The notes under the pieces are model-generated. The model saw only the letters and a list, made by a program, of their open reading frames with translations, was not told the DNA's origin and did no database searches. A DNA stretch of 58,904 bases, filler included. It is 5 parts of 5 records of this genome, joined end to end, with 100 filler letters (N's around TTAATTAATTAA, not from the genome) between each part and the next. Parts side by side here need not be neighbours in the genome. Positions count along the whole stretch, not along the records: positions 25,086 to 47,460 come from SRR31156797_22939; positions 47,561 to 52,937 come from SRR31156797_22941; 3 more parts are not named here. The stretch is one strand, 5' to 3'. Positions 38,749-49,246 of this stretch are shown here, piece after piece (positions within the stretch are counted from its first letter, which is position 1; each line of letters begins with the position of its first letter). The translations under genes and the position numbers were made by a program.

Positions 38749-39747
38749 TTATATAAAATCAAGAATTTTTATAATTTTTTTAGCCCTAGTATTTGATGTT
38801 TTAGAAAATTTAATTAGGGTATCTAGTAGTATTTCTTTTTGAGTCTTTTTTTGATCTTCATATTTAGCTTTTGAATTTATAGTTTTTTTATAATTTATTT
38901 TTTTCTCTACTAAACTAGCTTCATATCTCATACCTAGTTCATTTAATATTTTTATCATTCTATTTTTTGCATTATCAAGTTTTCCTTTTGTATTTCTTGA
39001 TTCATGATTTGGATCTTTTTTAGGTAAGTCTTTTATCCATAGACTCCCTTCAACAGCTGAAATAATATATTCAAATTCACATCTATTTTTAACTTCATAT
39101 GTTATGTCGTAAAGTTCATCTTTATCAACTTTTAATATTTCACTTAAAAAATTTATATAAAATATTCTATCTTTATTGTTTTCTTCTAATTTATAGAATA
39201 ATGTCTCATCATCAATTTTATGAATTTTTAACTCTAATATTCTTTTTTTAACAGCCTTGTTACAACTATCCCTAGACTCATTAATCATTTTTGTTAAAAT
39301 ACTCTTATATGTTTTTGTATATTGTTGATATAAGTTTTCATTTACTTCTGGCATTAGTTGAACTAATAAATTTTTAGTATCCATATTAATATTACTTTGT
39401 TGATAAAAACCTCGTTTCATAATACTAAAAACCCAATCCATAAATTTCCCAATATTTAAGTTTTTTCTAGCTTTATCTGCTAAACGATTATGTAAATCAT
39501 ATATGATTTTGTATATATCACTGGTAGAACTAAATAATGTTTTTTGATCTTCATTTAAATCAACATTAAATCTTTTAAAACTTGTATAACAAAATTCAAA
39601 TTTTTTAGTAGTATAATTGTATCTATATGAAGATAACAAGTAATTCATTAGTTCACTAATTGCTAATATATCCTCTTGGAAAAAAACTTCATAAAATTCT
39701 TCAATTTCGTTCTTTTCATTGTCTAAACTATCCATCTTACACCTCAT
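38749..39747 (-). CDS. Hypothetical protein immediately downstream of integrase
   Basis: 332-aa very AT-rich ORF, no motif recognised. Confidence 0.7.
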   Translation of the reverse strand: MRCKMDSLDNEKNEIEEFYEVFFQEDILAISELMNYLLSSYRYNYTTKKFEFCYTSFKRFNVDLNEDQKTLFSSTSDIYKIIYDLHNRLADKARKNLNIGKFMDWVFSIMKRGFYQQSNINMDTKNLLVQLMPEVNENLYQQYTKTYKSILTKMINESRDSCNKAVKKRILELKIHKIDDETLFYKLEENNKDRIFYINFLSEILKVDKDELYDITYEVKNRCEFEYIISAVEGSLWIKDLPKKDPNHESRNTKGKLDNAKNRMIKILNELGMRYEASLVEKKINYKKTINSKAKYEDQKKTQKEILLDTLIKFSKTSNTRAKKIIKILDFI

Positions 39748-41014
39748 CCCTCAACCCATCAATATAACCACTCCACCACTCAACTAAAGGTACCATCTGT
39801 TTAAAATACTCAGCTCTATGGTTATAAGCCTTTTCCACCTTATTTTCATCGTGATGGTCTAAAAATCTTCTTTTTACTTCATAGTCTAAGCCATGTTCAT
39901 TTTGGTGAGTATCTACTAAGCTTCGATAGATCCCTCTAAAACCGTGTAAGGTTTGCTTATTTTTATAGCCCATTCTAGTGAGTGCAATATTTGGAGTATT
40001 GCCATTTATTGGCTGCCCTTTATTTGATAGAAATACATATTTATGATGTGAGGTATATTTATACTGCTCTTGTAAGATCTCGATCACACGATCTGATAAT
40101 GGTATTTTAAAATCAGGTAAGTTTTTATTCTTTACTTTCATCTGCTCTCTTGGTATAGTCAAGCTCTTATTTTCAAAGTCTATATATTCCCATAATAGAT
40201 TTACTAGATTATTTGATCTAAGAGGTACATGTAAAGCAAATTTAAGAGCATTTACTGTGCTATAGTGACCTTTATAGGTATAGATATCATTTACTAGCTT
40301 TTTAAGATCTGTTTGCTCTGTGAGCTTTGGATGATGTGTAACATCAGGTTTTGGGATGATGAGATCTTTTAAGATATTATCAAAAGGGTTTTTATCTGTT
40401 AGTCCTAAAGTGATTGCATACTTAAAAATAGTATTGAGGTAGTTATATAGTTTATTAGCTGTTTCTATTCCATCAGGAGCATTAGTATTATTTTTAGATG
40501 CTATGATCTTTTTTGATAATCTAGCTTTGATCACAGCTATAATATCTTTATGGGTTATATCATTTATATTTTTCTTTTGAAGATATGGTAAAGCATCATT
40601 TTTGATTATAGCTCTTTTTCTTTTTTGTGTTGCTGGGGTTGTTCTTTGATCTTCAAATTCTAACCATTGTTCCGCAATAAGTTTAAAGTTGCTATTTTCT
40701 TTTTTTAACACTTCTTGTTTATCATTTGATTTTTTATCTATAGGGTCTATTCCATCTGCAATGAGGTTTAAATATTCTGCTCTTTTTTCACGTGCAGTTT
40801 TTAAAGTAGTCTCAGGATAACTTCCTAATGATGTCTTTCTTCTTTTTTTATTCCCTACACTATCAAAGAGTATAGGACTAGAATATCTAAACTCCCAAAG
40901 TTTAGCTCCAGTTGGTTTTATTAAAAGCTGTAAACCTTGACCATCAGCTATAGTATAGCTTTTTTCACTAGGTTTTGATTTTTTGATCTTCGTATCTGTT
41001 AGTATATTAGCCAT
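39737..41014 (-). CDS. P4-like tyrosine integrase with N-terminal arm-binding domain
   Basis: LTDTKIK..DGQGLQL..W.FRY..LGSYPETTLKTAR; catalytic R (PLRS), HGFR, LDH, AYN. Confidence 0.95.
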   Translation of the reverse strand: MANILTDTKIKKSKPSEKSYTIADGQGLQLLIKPTGAKLWEFRYSSPILFDSVGNKKRRKTSLGSYPETTLKTAREKRAEYLNLIADGIDPIDKKSNDKQEVLKKENSNFKLIAEQWLEFEDQRTTPATQKRKRAIIKNDALPYLQKKNINDITHKDIIAVIKARLSKKIIASKNNTNAPDGIETANKLYNYLNTIFKYAITLGLTDKNPFDNILKDLIIPKPDVTHHPKLTEQTDLKKLVNDIYTYKGHYSTVNALKFALHVPLRSNNLVNLLWEYIDFENKSLTIPREQMKVKNKNLPDFKIPLSDRVIEILQEQYKYTSHHKYVFLSNKGQPINGNTPNIALTRMGYKNKQTLHGFRGIYRSLVDTHQNEHGLDYEVKRRFLDHHDENKVEKAYNHRAEYFKQMVPLVEWWSGYIDGLRDEV

Positions 41015-41027
41015 TTATACCCTTTAG

Positions 41028-41111
41028 TGGTACATCAACTGGTACATTACCGCGGTACATTGGTACCGATGTACCAATAAAAGTACCAAAAATAGCGGAA
41101 TTGTGGTACAT
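41028..41111. repeat. Cluster of GGTACAT/ATGTACC motifs, candidate integrase arm sites
   Basis: ggtacat at 41029, 41041, 41054, 41105; ggtacc 41062; atgtacc 41069; aagtacc 41081. Confidence 0.75.
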
Positions 41112-41201
41112 CAGTTGATATTAGTTGAAACAATTATACGATTGAAAAGCTTTAAAAAGTCTTTATTTATGGGCTTAGTTGGGATTGATTGGTATTAGTG
41201 T

Positions 41202-41221
41202 AAAGTGCCCCTCCCAGATAC
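41202..41221. repeat. att core, proximal copy within ffs 3' end
   Basis: aaagtgcccctcccagatac. Confidence 0.95.
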
Positions 41222-41309
41222 CTAAACACACCAAAGAAAAAGGTTCCTTGCTGTATTCCTACCCTGGGGAGTTGCCTTTTAAAATGATTGTAAAGGTCTA
41301 AGAGAAGCA
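41205..41309 (-). ncRNA. ffs: SRP 4.5S RNA
   Basis: Domain IV CAGG-GUA-GGAA-UAC-AGCA; 5' GCUUCUCUUAGACCU pairs with 3' AGGUAUCUGGGAGGGGC; ~105 nt rod. Confidence 0.9.
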
Positions 41310-41386
41310 GTCAAAACATAAAATGTTCTCAATGCTTATCTTTAAGAGGATTGAAAGTTTATTGAAGTTTTATTTAAAAAAAGGTT

Positions 41387-41414
41387 AAACAAAGCTAATA
41401 ATTTAGCTTTGTTT
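41387..41414. terminator. Hairpin after nuoN
   Basis: aaacaaagctaa-taat-ttagctttgttt. Confidence 0.6.
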
Positions 41415-41416
41415 TT

Positions 41417-42901
41417 CTAGAACCCACTCATTTGTACATAAGTTGAGATCATATCTAATAATGGATTGATATAAAGAATCGAAGTAATTGTGATAATTGC
41501 AGATACTCCAATAACTGTTTTTAATGGATTATTTGCATTCCCCATAAATTCAATTCTATCATCCTCTTCTGGATCTTTTAAGAACATATATACTATTAGT
41601 TTTAAATAATAATACGCTGCAATTGCAGAGTTTAATGCCATAATAAGAGCTAGTAAAATATATCCACCATTAACTGCAGCTCCTAAAAGATACATTTTCC
41701 CCCAGAATAAACTAAATGGAGGGATCCCTGCTAAACTTAAAAGGAATAGTCCCATAATTGATGCAGCCACTGGTGATCTTTTGATCATCCCTGAGAACTT
41801 CTCAAATGGATGATCTCCTGTATACCCATGACCACCTTTTGTTCTATTTACCCATAACATAGCAAATGCTCCAAGGTTAGTAAATGTGAAAAGAATCCAG
41901 TATAAGAATAACCCTTCTGTTGCTTGAGTTGTTCCAACTAAAATAGCTGCCATAACAAACCCTGCATGAGATACTGAAGAGTATGCAAGCATTCTTTTTA
42001 CATCTGTTTGAACAAGAGCAATCATATTTGGTAATGTCATAGTGATAACAACTGTAATATAAAGGATTAATTCAACCCATTGATTATTAACACTTACAAA
42101 GATTTCAAAGAATCTCAAAGCAACTACAAATGCAGCGATCTTTGGTACAACTGACATATATCCAGCCATTGCTGAACTTGATCCCTCATAAACATCTGGT
42201 GCCCACGTATGAAAAGGTACTAAAGAGAGTTTAAACCCAAGTCCACCAAGGATAAATACAATCCCTAGTAAGATAAATGGATAATTAGCGAACTCTGAAG
42301 CTACTAATGAAGCTGAGATTTGTCCAAGTTCTACACTTCCAGTAAGTGCATAAAAGATCATAGATCCAAAAGCAAAGAATCCAGCTGCTAATGCACCCAT
42401 TGTAAAGTATTTAATTGCTGCTTCTGTTGAACTATCTCTATTGTGCATTGCAATAAGTGGATATAAAGCCATTGATGCAGTTTCAAGTCCAACGAAGATC
42501 AAGATTAAACTATCACTAGCAACCATAAACTGGAATCCAGCTACCATAAATAAAAATAGTGCAAAATACTCTGGATATCTATATTCATGGAATCTTTTTT
42601 GAGAAAGAGCAAGAATAATAAAAAGTCCCGATGCCACAAGAATAATGATCTGCGCTAAGATAGAGATACCATCCATAAGCATCATATCAAAGAAACCTCG
42701 AACTCCTCCATTGTACCCTATAACTGTACCAAGATCTATTAATAAAAATAGAACTGTTAACATTACATATAATGATTTATGCAGATTTTTTGTAGCAAGA
42801 TCAATACATAAAATCAATAATCCCCCAGCAATTGCTACTAGCATAGGAATAAGTGAAGGTAGATTTAAAGCAGCTATATCTACTGAAATTGGCTCAATCA
42901 T
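41417..42901 (-). CDS. nuoN: NADH-quinone oxidoreductase subunit N
   Basis: [33 protein letters not shown]; gene order. Confidence 0.96.
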   Translation of the reverse strand: MIEPISVDIAALNLPSLIPMLVAIAGGLLILCIDLATKNLHKSLYVMLTVLFLLIDLGTVIGYNGGVRGFFDMMLMDGISILAQIIILVASGLFIILALSQKRFHEYRYPEYFALFLFMVAGFQFMVASDSLILIFVGLETASMALYPLIAMHNRDSSTEAAIKYFTMGALAAGFFAFGSMIFYALTGSVELGQISASLVASEFANYPFILLGIVFILGGLGFKLSLVPFHTWAPDVYEGSSSAMAGYMSVVPKIAAFVVALRFFEIFVSVNNQWVELILYITVVITMTLPNMIALVQTDVKRMLAYSSVSHAGFVMAAILVGTTQATEGLFLYWILFTFTNLGAFAMLWVNRTKGGHGYTGDHPFEKFSGMIKRSPVAASIMGLFLLSLAGIPPFSLFWGKMYLLGAAVNGGYILLALIMALNSAIAAYYYLKLIVYMFLKDPEEDDRIEFMGNANNPLKTVIGVSAIITITSILYINPLLDMISTYVQMSGF

Positions 42902-44427
42902 TATTTTGTCTCCCCTATTGTATTAACCGATGCAATTTTCTCTTTTGCTTCTGGTGTTACTGATTTTAAGTACATCACTTGTACTAATTGTTTTACTGAT
43001 TTATCCACAGGATCAAGTACAGGTTTTGGATACACTCCAAGATATACTACGATCATAACAAGTGGAACAAGTGCAGCTAATTCTCTTCCTTTTACATCTT
43101 CAAGCTTTTCATTAATTGCTTTTGTAATTGGTCCAAAGAAAGTCTTTTTATAAAGAACTAACATATATACAGCACCTAAAATAATAGTTGTCCCTGCAAT
43201 ACTAGTCATAATTGGACTCACTGCAAAGAATCCAAGTAAACTTAGGAACTCCCCAACAAATCCAATAGTAAGTGGTAATCCAACAGAAGCCATTAACATT
43301 ATCCCAAAGATTGTTGCATAGATTGGCATAGACTTAGCAAGTCCTCCAAACTCATTCATCATCTTCGTATGTCTTCTATCATAGATCACTCCAACTAACA
43401 TAAACAGAGCACCTGAAACGATACCATGAGAGATCATTAAGAAGATAGATCCTCCAATACCCTCAACATTAAGAGCAAAGATCCCAAGAATAATAACCCC
43501 CATATGTGATACTGAAGAATAAGCAACAACTTGTTTAATATCCTCTTGTGCATATGCAACCATTGCAGTATATACAATAGCAATAATTGCTAATACAGCC
43601 ATCGGGATCATCATCATTACACTCGCATCTGGGAAAAGTGGAAGTGAAAATCTTACAAAACCATATGTCCCCATTTTAAGTAATACTGCTGCAAGGATAA
43701 CAGAACCAATTGTTGGTGCTTGACCATGGGCATAAGGAAGCCATGTATGAAATGGAACCATTGGAACTTTAATAGCAAATCCAAGGAAAAATGCCACAAA
43801 TAACCACATCTGCATATCAATTGGAAGCATCATCATATTCCAATCTAAGATACTAAAGCTCCAGTTTCCTGTTGTTTGGAAATATACATATCCAAGGTAT
43901 AACATACCAATAAGCATTACAAGTGAACCTGTAAATGTATATAAGAAGAACTTGATTGAAGCATAGATTCTTAGCTTTCCACCCCATGCACCAACGATAT
44001 AAAGCATTGGTACTAAAGAAAGCTCCCAGAATAGATAGAAGATAATAGCATCTAAAGCAACAAAAACTCCAACCATTGTCATCTCTAAAAATAAAACCGT
44101 AATAATAAGATTTTTTAAATCTCTTTTTTCAGTTAATCCAATAATAGAGATCATTGTCATAAACGTTGTCATGATCACTAAGAATAATGAGATACCATCA
44201 ATCCCTAAATTATAAGAGATCCCATACTGAGATATTACTGGGATAAATTCACTAAATTGCATCCCACCATAGTTTGTATCAAATGTAGCCCATAGGTAAC
44301 AAGAAAGGATAAACTCTATTGCTGTTACTGTAATACCATAGGTTCTAATTGATCCTTTGTCTATCATGAATCCTATCACAGCAGCAAATGCTGGAAAAAA
44401 CACTAAAATTGATAAAATATATTCCAT
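42901..44427 (-). CDS. nuoM: NADH-quinone oxidoreductase subunit M
   Basis: [33 protein letters not shown]. Confidence 0.96.
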   Translation of the reverse strand: MEYILSILVFFPAFAAVIGFMIDKGSIRTYGITVTAIEFILSCYLWATFDTNYGGMQFSEFIPVISQYGISYNLGIDGISLFLVIMTTFMTMISIIGLTEKRDLKNLIITVLFLEMTMVGVFVALDAIIFYLFWELSLVPMLYIVGAWGGKLRIYASIKFFLYTFTGSLVMLIGMLYLGYVYFQTTGNWSFSILDWNMMMLPIDMQMWLFVAFFLGFAIKVPMVPFHTWLPYAHGQAPTIGSVILAAVLLKMGTYGFVRFSLPLFPDASVMMMIPMAVLAIIAIVYTAMVAYAQEDIKQVVAYSSVSHMGVIILGIFALNVEGIGGSIFLMISHGIVSGALFMLVGVIYDRRHTKMMNEFGGLAKSMPIYATIFGIMLMASVGLPLTIGFVGEFLSLLGFFAVSPIMTSIAGTTIILGAVYMLVLYKKTFFGPITKAINEKLEDVKGRELAALVPLVMIVVYLGVYPKPVLDPVDKSVKQLVQVMYLKSVTPEAKEKIASVNTIGETK

Positions 44428-44439
44428 ACTTTCCCTTTC

Positions 44440-46386
44440 CTACTTTAAGTTACCAAAAGCAACTGCTAGAATAATAAGTACTAAGATACCTATACCCATC
44501 CATTTTAGAGCTTTTGATAAGTTTCCTGATTGCATTGCAGTTCCTGCTTCACCACCACTGTAGACACCTTTTGCAATCCCATCTACAATTGTATCAATGA
44601 TCTTAAGATCAATCTCTTTCCAGCTAAATGTCGCTAATTTACCGTATGGTTTTGATACCACATTTTCCCAAAAATGATTAAGATAATACTGATTTGCTAA
44701 AATTTTATAACATGATCTATCTTTAAATACATTACTAAAATATGTCCCATCTTTTTTGTATTTCAACACTGCAAGAGCAATACCACCAAGAGCGATTCCA
44801 AGAGTTGCAACTACTAGAGCCCAGAATGTTCCTGAACTTACATGAATATCAAGCTGTGGTAATGTTTTTGTTACCATACTTACATATCCATCTTTAAAGA
44901 ATCCAGCCACAACTGCTAAGATAGCAAGTGGTGTCATCGCTGCAATTACGTATCCGTATGCTTCGTGTGGATGTTGATAGTTCTCATCCTCTTTATTATG
45001 CGACCATTGCTCTTTTCCAAAAAAGATATACATAATAAGTCTAAATGAATAAAACGCAGTTAAACCAGCAGTGATCCATAATACTGCCCAGATCACATAT
45101 GCATGTGTTCCAAATGCAACTTCAAGAATAAGGTCTTTTGAGAAGAATCCAGCAAATGGGAAGATACCAGCAAGTGCAATTGAAGCTAAGATCATAATAA
45201 GACCAGTGTGTGGCATATATTTATATAATCCACCCATCTTTTTAATACTAATCTCATCATTCATAGCATGCATTACATTACCAGCTCCAAGGAATAGAAC
45301 TGATTTAAAGAATGCATGAGTTGCAAGGTGGAATAATGCTACCCAATATGCTCCAAGCCCAGCAGCTACGAACATATATCCAAGCTGAGAAAGAGTAGAG
45401 AATGCAATGATCTTTTTCATATTAGTTGCTACAAGTGCCATTGATGCTGCACCCATCGCTACAAATGCTCCAAGTCCAGCAATAAAGTATCCAACTTCTG
45501 GAACTACTGTAAAGATCTCATTTGCTCTAATAACTAAATAAACTCCAGCTGTTACCATTGTCGCTGCGTGAATAAGTGCCGAAACTGGTGTAGGACCCTC
45601 CATCGCATTTGCAAGCCATGTATTAAATGGGAATTGCGCTGATTTACCCATTGCACCAATGAAAAGAAAAATTGCAATAGCAATAATTAATCCATGTTCA
45701 AGTGTACCAATCTTATCAAATACCACATCATATTGTAATGATCCAATATTCCAAAAAATTAAGAACATACCAATAAGCATCCCAAGGTCAGCAACTCTAT
45801 TCATAATAAATGCTTCATTTGCTGCCCAAGATGGAGATGGTGAAGAGTATGGTGAAAGAGTTGAAAATGGAGATTCATTAACATCTTTACTTCTTTTAAT
45901 ATCATTCTTATGATACCAAAATCCAATAAGACCCCAAGAACAAAGTCCAACACCTTCCCAACCGATAAATAGTCCTGCGAAGTTATCTGACATAACAAGG
46001 ATCATCATTGAAAATACGAATGCTGAAAGCCAAGCAAAGAATCTATTAAAACTCTTATCATGATCCATATATCCAATAGAGTGAATATGCACCATAGTTG
46101 AAACAGTTGTTACCACAACCATCATAACAACACTCACAGGATCTACTATAAATCCAAATGGGATATCCACATTACCAATCACGATCCAATCTAACATTCT
46201 TACATGTACAACTGTATCTGTTAAATATACATGCATCAATAGATTTAATGATGCTATCAATGAAACTGCAAGTAGAGCAGATGTAATGATCCCTACAAAT
46301 AGTTTTTTTGGAGTATTTGAAAAAAGTGCTGCAAAAAGTGACCCAACAAGTGGAGCAAATAGCGCAATATATAAATAAAATTCCAT
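44440..46386 (-). CDS. nuoL: NADH-quinone oxidoreductase subunit L
   Basis: GWEGVG, GKSAQFP, AMEGPTPVSALIHAATMVTAG. Confidence 0.97.
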   Translation of the reverse strand: MEFYLYIALFAPLVGSLFAALFSNTPKKLFVGIITSALLAVSLIASLNLLMHVYLTDTVVHVRMLDWIVIGNVDIPFGFIVDPVSVVMMVVVTTVSTMVHIHSIGYMDHDKSFNRFFAWLSAFVFSMMILVMSDNFAGLFIGWEGVGLCSWGLIGFWYHKNDIKRSKDVNESPFSTLSPYSSPSPSWAANEAFIMNRVADLGMLIGMFLIFWNIGSLQYDVVFDKIGTLEHGLIIAIAIFLFIGAMGKSAQFPFNTWLANAMEGPTPVSALIHAATMVTAGVYLVIRANEIFTVVPEVGYFIAGLGAFVAMGAASMALVATNMKKIIAFSTLSQLGYMFVAAGLGAYWVALFHLATHAFFKSVLFLGAGNVMHAMNDEISIKKMGGLYKYMPHTGLIMILASIALAGIFPFAGFFSKDLILEVAFGTHAYVIWAVLWITAGLTAFYSFRLIMYIFFGKEQWSHNKEDENYQHPHEAYGYVIAAMTPLAILAVVAGFFKDGYVSMVTKTLPQLDIHVSSGTFWALVVATLGIALGGIALAVLKYKKDGTYFSNVFKDRSCYKILANQYYLNHFWENVVSKPYGKLATFSWKEIDLKIIDTIVDGIAKGVYSGGEAGTAMQSGNLSKALKWMGIGILVLIILAVAFGNLK

Positions 46387-46388
46387 CT

Positions 46389-46694
46389 CTATCCCTTCAT
46401 ACTTTGTAATGAGTCTAGGTTGATATTATTATGTCTTTTAAACCAAAGAATCAATAATCCAAGCCCAATAGCAACTTCACTAGCAGCGATTGCAATTACA
46501 AAGAATGCAAACATTTGTCCAGTAAGATCACCGTGAAATTTTGAAATTGCTGCCATACCAATATTTACTGCATTAAGCATAATTTCTGTTGAGAAAAATA
46601 GCATAAGTAAATTTTTTCTTCTAAGTGCTCCATACATACCGATCATAAAGATGATCGTACTTAGGATTAGATAATCATTTAATGTTATACTCAT
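46389..46694 (-). CDS. nuoK: NADH-quinone oxidoreductase subunit K
   Basis: EIMLNAVN, IAASEVAIGL. Confidence 0.96.
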   Translation of the reverse strand: MSITLNDYLILSTIIFMIGMYGALRRKNLLMLFFSTEIMLNAVNIGMAAISKFHGDLTGQMFAFFVIAIAASEVAIGLGLLILWFKRHNNINLDSLQSMKG

Positions 46695-47290
46695 TTAAGA
46701 TCCTTTTCTATCTCACTATCTGTTCTGTGGTGATCAATCTCATGCTCAGCCATCTCAGTAATAGATACATCCATTTTCTTTCCAGCTAAAATAATTCCAC
46801 CGATCATTGCAACTAAAAGCATAACTGCTGCAACTTCAAATGGTACAAGATATTTTGTAAATAATACTAACCCAACATCTTGAGTATTTCCTACTACTAC
46901 CCCTGGATAGTCACCTGAGATACCAATTGGGTAATGTGCTGTTACATTTGCTCCAATAATTGGTGCCGTAAAGATTGCAACAACTAAAAGTGCTATGATC
47001 CCTGAAAGTAAAAAAGTTAACTTTGGATTAGCAACTGATTCTTTGATATCATTAATTGAATCAAAGAACATCATACCAAATGCGTATAGTGCCATTACTG
47101 CACCTGTATATACTACGATCTGTACAGCACCTAAAAACTCTGCTCCTAATAAAAAGAAAAAAGCAGAGATAAAGATCATTCCCGCTGCCAATGAGCTTAA
47201 TGCGTAAAGAGCATTTTTAGTCATGACGGTAACAGTAAACATTGCAATTGTTAAAAATGCAAATAGATAAAAAGCTACGACTTCAAACAT
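46691..47290 (-). CDS. nuoJ: NADH-quinone oxidoreductase subunit J
   Basis: AEFLGAVQIVVYTGAV, PFEVAAVMLLVAMIG. Confidence 0.96.
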   Translation of the reverse strand: MFEVVAFYLFAFLTIAMFTVTVMTKNALYALSSLAAGMIFISAFFFLLGAEFLGAVQIVVYTGAVMALYAFGMMFFDSINDIKESVANPKLTFLLSGIIALLVVAIFTAPIIGANVTAHYPIGISGDYPGVVVGNTQDVGLVLFTKYLVPFEVAAVMLLVAMIGGIILAGKKMDVSITEMAEHEIDHHRTDSEIEKDLK

Positions 47291-47299
47291 CCCCTCTCC

Positions 47300-47460
47300 T
47301 TAATATGCCAATGGCGTTTTTTTGATTTTTTTATCAGCATCTGGGCTTATTGCTCCAAATCCATCATATTCAACTTGTGCTGCTAATTGATCAAATGGTG
47401 TTAAAAGATCATCTTTTAATACAAAGTGCTCTCTTTGCTCACTTGCATTTTCATATCTTC
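47300..47460 (-). CDS. nuoI: NADH-quinone oxidoreductase subunit I, 3' end (contig-truncated)
   Basis: RYENASEQREHF...KKTPLAY* directly upstream of nuoJ. Confidence 0.8.
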
Positions 47461-47560
47461 NNNNNNNNNNNNNNNNNNNNNNNNNNNNNNNNNNNNNNNN
47501 NNNNTTAATTAATTAANNNNNNNNNNNNNNNNNNNNNNNNNNNNNNNNNNNNNNNNNNNN
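47461..47560. other. Artificial contig spacer
   Basis: N-run + TTAATTAATTAA + N-run. Confidence 0.99.
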
Positions 47561-49246
47561 GCCCTGATCCTGACCCCGGTGCTCTGCGCCACCATTCTCA
47601 AACCGGTGGCCCCGGGCCACCAGGAGAAAAGGACCGGCTTTTTCGGGTTGTTCAACCGGATATTCAACCAGGCCCGAAGCGTCAGTCACAGCGCGTCAGG
47701 CCGAATCACGCGCAACTGGAAGCGCTCCATTGCCGTCTACCTGATGATTTTTGTAGGCCTAGGCTATTTGTTCGTTCGCATTCCCACGGGCTTCCTGCCG
47801 GATGAAGACCAGGGCGTGCTCATTGTTCAGGTCTCCACCCCCGCCGCCTCCACGGCAGCCAGGACCGCCTCGGCCCTTGAAAAGTATACCGATTACATGG
47901 ACGGCAACCTGGCGGATCAATTCCGTGAGTACATGACCGTTGTGGGCTTCAGCTTCTCCGGTTACGGCCAGAACACCGCCATCTCCTTTGTCGACCTCAA
48001 GGATTGGGAGAACCGGGATGAGTCGGTAATGTCCATTGCCGGGAAGATCAACCGGGCCATGTCCCAGGTCAAGGACGCCATGATTTTCGCCTTTTATCCG
48101 CCGCCCATCATTGACCTTGGAACGGCGTCCGGATTTGACCTCCAGCTCATCGATTATGTGGGCGCGGGCCATGAAAAACTCATGGACGCCCGGAACCAGC
48201 TGCTGGGCAAGGCCCGCCAAAACCCCAAACTGGTGGGGGTTCGGCCCAACGGACTGAATGACGTGCCCCAGTACAAAATCGAAATCGACATGGAAAAGGC
48301 CCGGGCCCTGGGGCTCTCCATCGGAGAGATCAACGCCACCCTCCAGACCGCATGGGGATCCGCCTATGTCAATGACTTCATGGACAACGGGCGTGTGAAG
48401 AAGGTCTATGTCCAGGGCCAGGCCAAGGACCGGATGCAGCCCTCGGACATTGAAAAATGGTATGTGAAAAACGGCAGCGGCAAAATGGTGCCCTTCACCT
48501 CCTTTTCCCAGGGGCACTGGACCTATGGTTCGCCCCGGCTGGAGCGTTTCAACGGATACGCTTCCATCAATATCCAGGGTGGCAACGCCCCCGGCGTCAG
48601 TACGGGTGAAGCCATGGCTGAAATGGAAAAGCTGGCCGAAGAACTCCCCGAAGGCATCGGCTACGCCTGGTCAACCACCTCCTATGAAGAGAAGTTGTCC
48701 GGCTCCCAGGGCCCTGCCCTGTATGCCATCTCCATTATCATTGTGTTCCTGAGCCTGGCGGCCCTGTACGAGAGCTGGTCCATCCCCTTTTCCGTACTGC
48801 TGTCATTGCCCCTGGGAGTCGTGGGATCGGTCATCGCCACCCTCGCCTTCGGCATGAGCAATGATGTCTACTTTCAGGTGGCCCTGCTCACCACCGTGGG
48901 ACTGTGCGCCAAAAACGCCATTTTGATCGTGGAGTTCGCCAAAGAGCTGTATGAATCGGGAACGCCCCTGGTTGAGGCGGCGCTGACCTCGTTCAAGCTG
49001 CGGTTCCGTCCCATCATCATGACCTCCATGGCCTTTGTGCTCGGGGTGTTGCCCCTTGCCAAATCCAGCGGCGCCGGTGCGGCCAGCCAGAACGCCATCG
49101 GTATTGCCATCATCGGCGGCATGATCGGGGCGACCTTTCTGGCCATCTACTTTGTGCCCCTGTTTTTCGTTCTCATCGAACGCATCTCATCACTAAAAAC
49201 CAAGAACAAAAAAGCGCTGGAATCCGGCTGCAGTGAGGTGAAATAA
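47561..49246 (+). CDS. AcrB/MexB-type RND transporter, C-terminal half (contig-truncated)
   Basis: ALILTPVLCA, FLPDEDQG, LAALYESW, KNAILIVEFA, RFRPIIMTS. Confidence 0.95.
   Translation, partial: ALILTPVLCATILKPVAPGHQEKRTGFFGLFNRIFNQARSVSHSASGRITRNWKRSIAVYLMIFVGLGYLFVRIPTGFLPDEDQGVLIVQVSTPAASTAARTASALEKYTDYMDGNLADQFREYMTVVGFSFSGYGQNTAISFVDLKDWENRDESVMSIAGKINRAMSQVKDAMIFAFYPPPIIDLGTASGFDLQLIDYVGAGHEKLMDARNQLLGKARQNPKLVGVRPNGLNDVPQYKIEIDMEKARALGLSIGEINATLQTAWGSAYVNDFMDNGRVKKVYVQGQAKDRMQPSDIEKWYVKNGSGKMVPFTSFSQGHWTYGSPRLERFNGYASINIQGGNAPGVSTGEAMAEMEKLAEELPEGIGYAWSTTSYEEKLSGSQGPALYAISIIIVFLSLAALYESWSIPFSVLLSLPLGVVGSVIATLAFGMSNDVYFQVALLTTVGLCAKNAILIVEFAKELYESGTPLVEAALTSFKLRFRPIIMTSMAFVLGVLPLAKSSGAGAASQNAIGIAIIGGMIGATFLAIYFVPLFFVLIERISSLKTKNKKALESGCSEVK

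Larger units (their letters stand above)
28949..41221. mobile_element. ~12.3-kb integrated phage-satellite-like element (PICI-like or reduced prophage) in the 3' end of ffs
   Basis: Bounded by identical 20-bp direct repeats; integrase, AlpA, recombination/replication genes and terS; no recognisable capsid, portal, terL or tail genes. Confidence 0.88.

Noticed and set aside
41028-41111. CRISPR array
   Set aside because: Repeats are only ~7 bp with 5-6 bp gaps and mixed orientation; no cas genes
28949-41221. Complete prophage or conjugative element
   Set aside because: No recognisable structural, lysis, relaxase or T4SS genes between the att repeats
41205-41309. tRNA or tmRNA as the integration target
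   Set aside because: No cloverleaf, TTCGA loop or CCA end; the SRP domain IV motif fits instead
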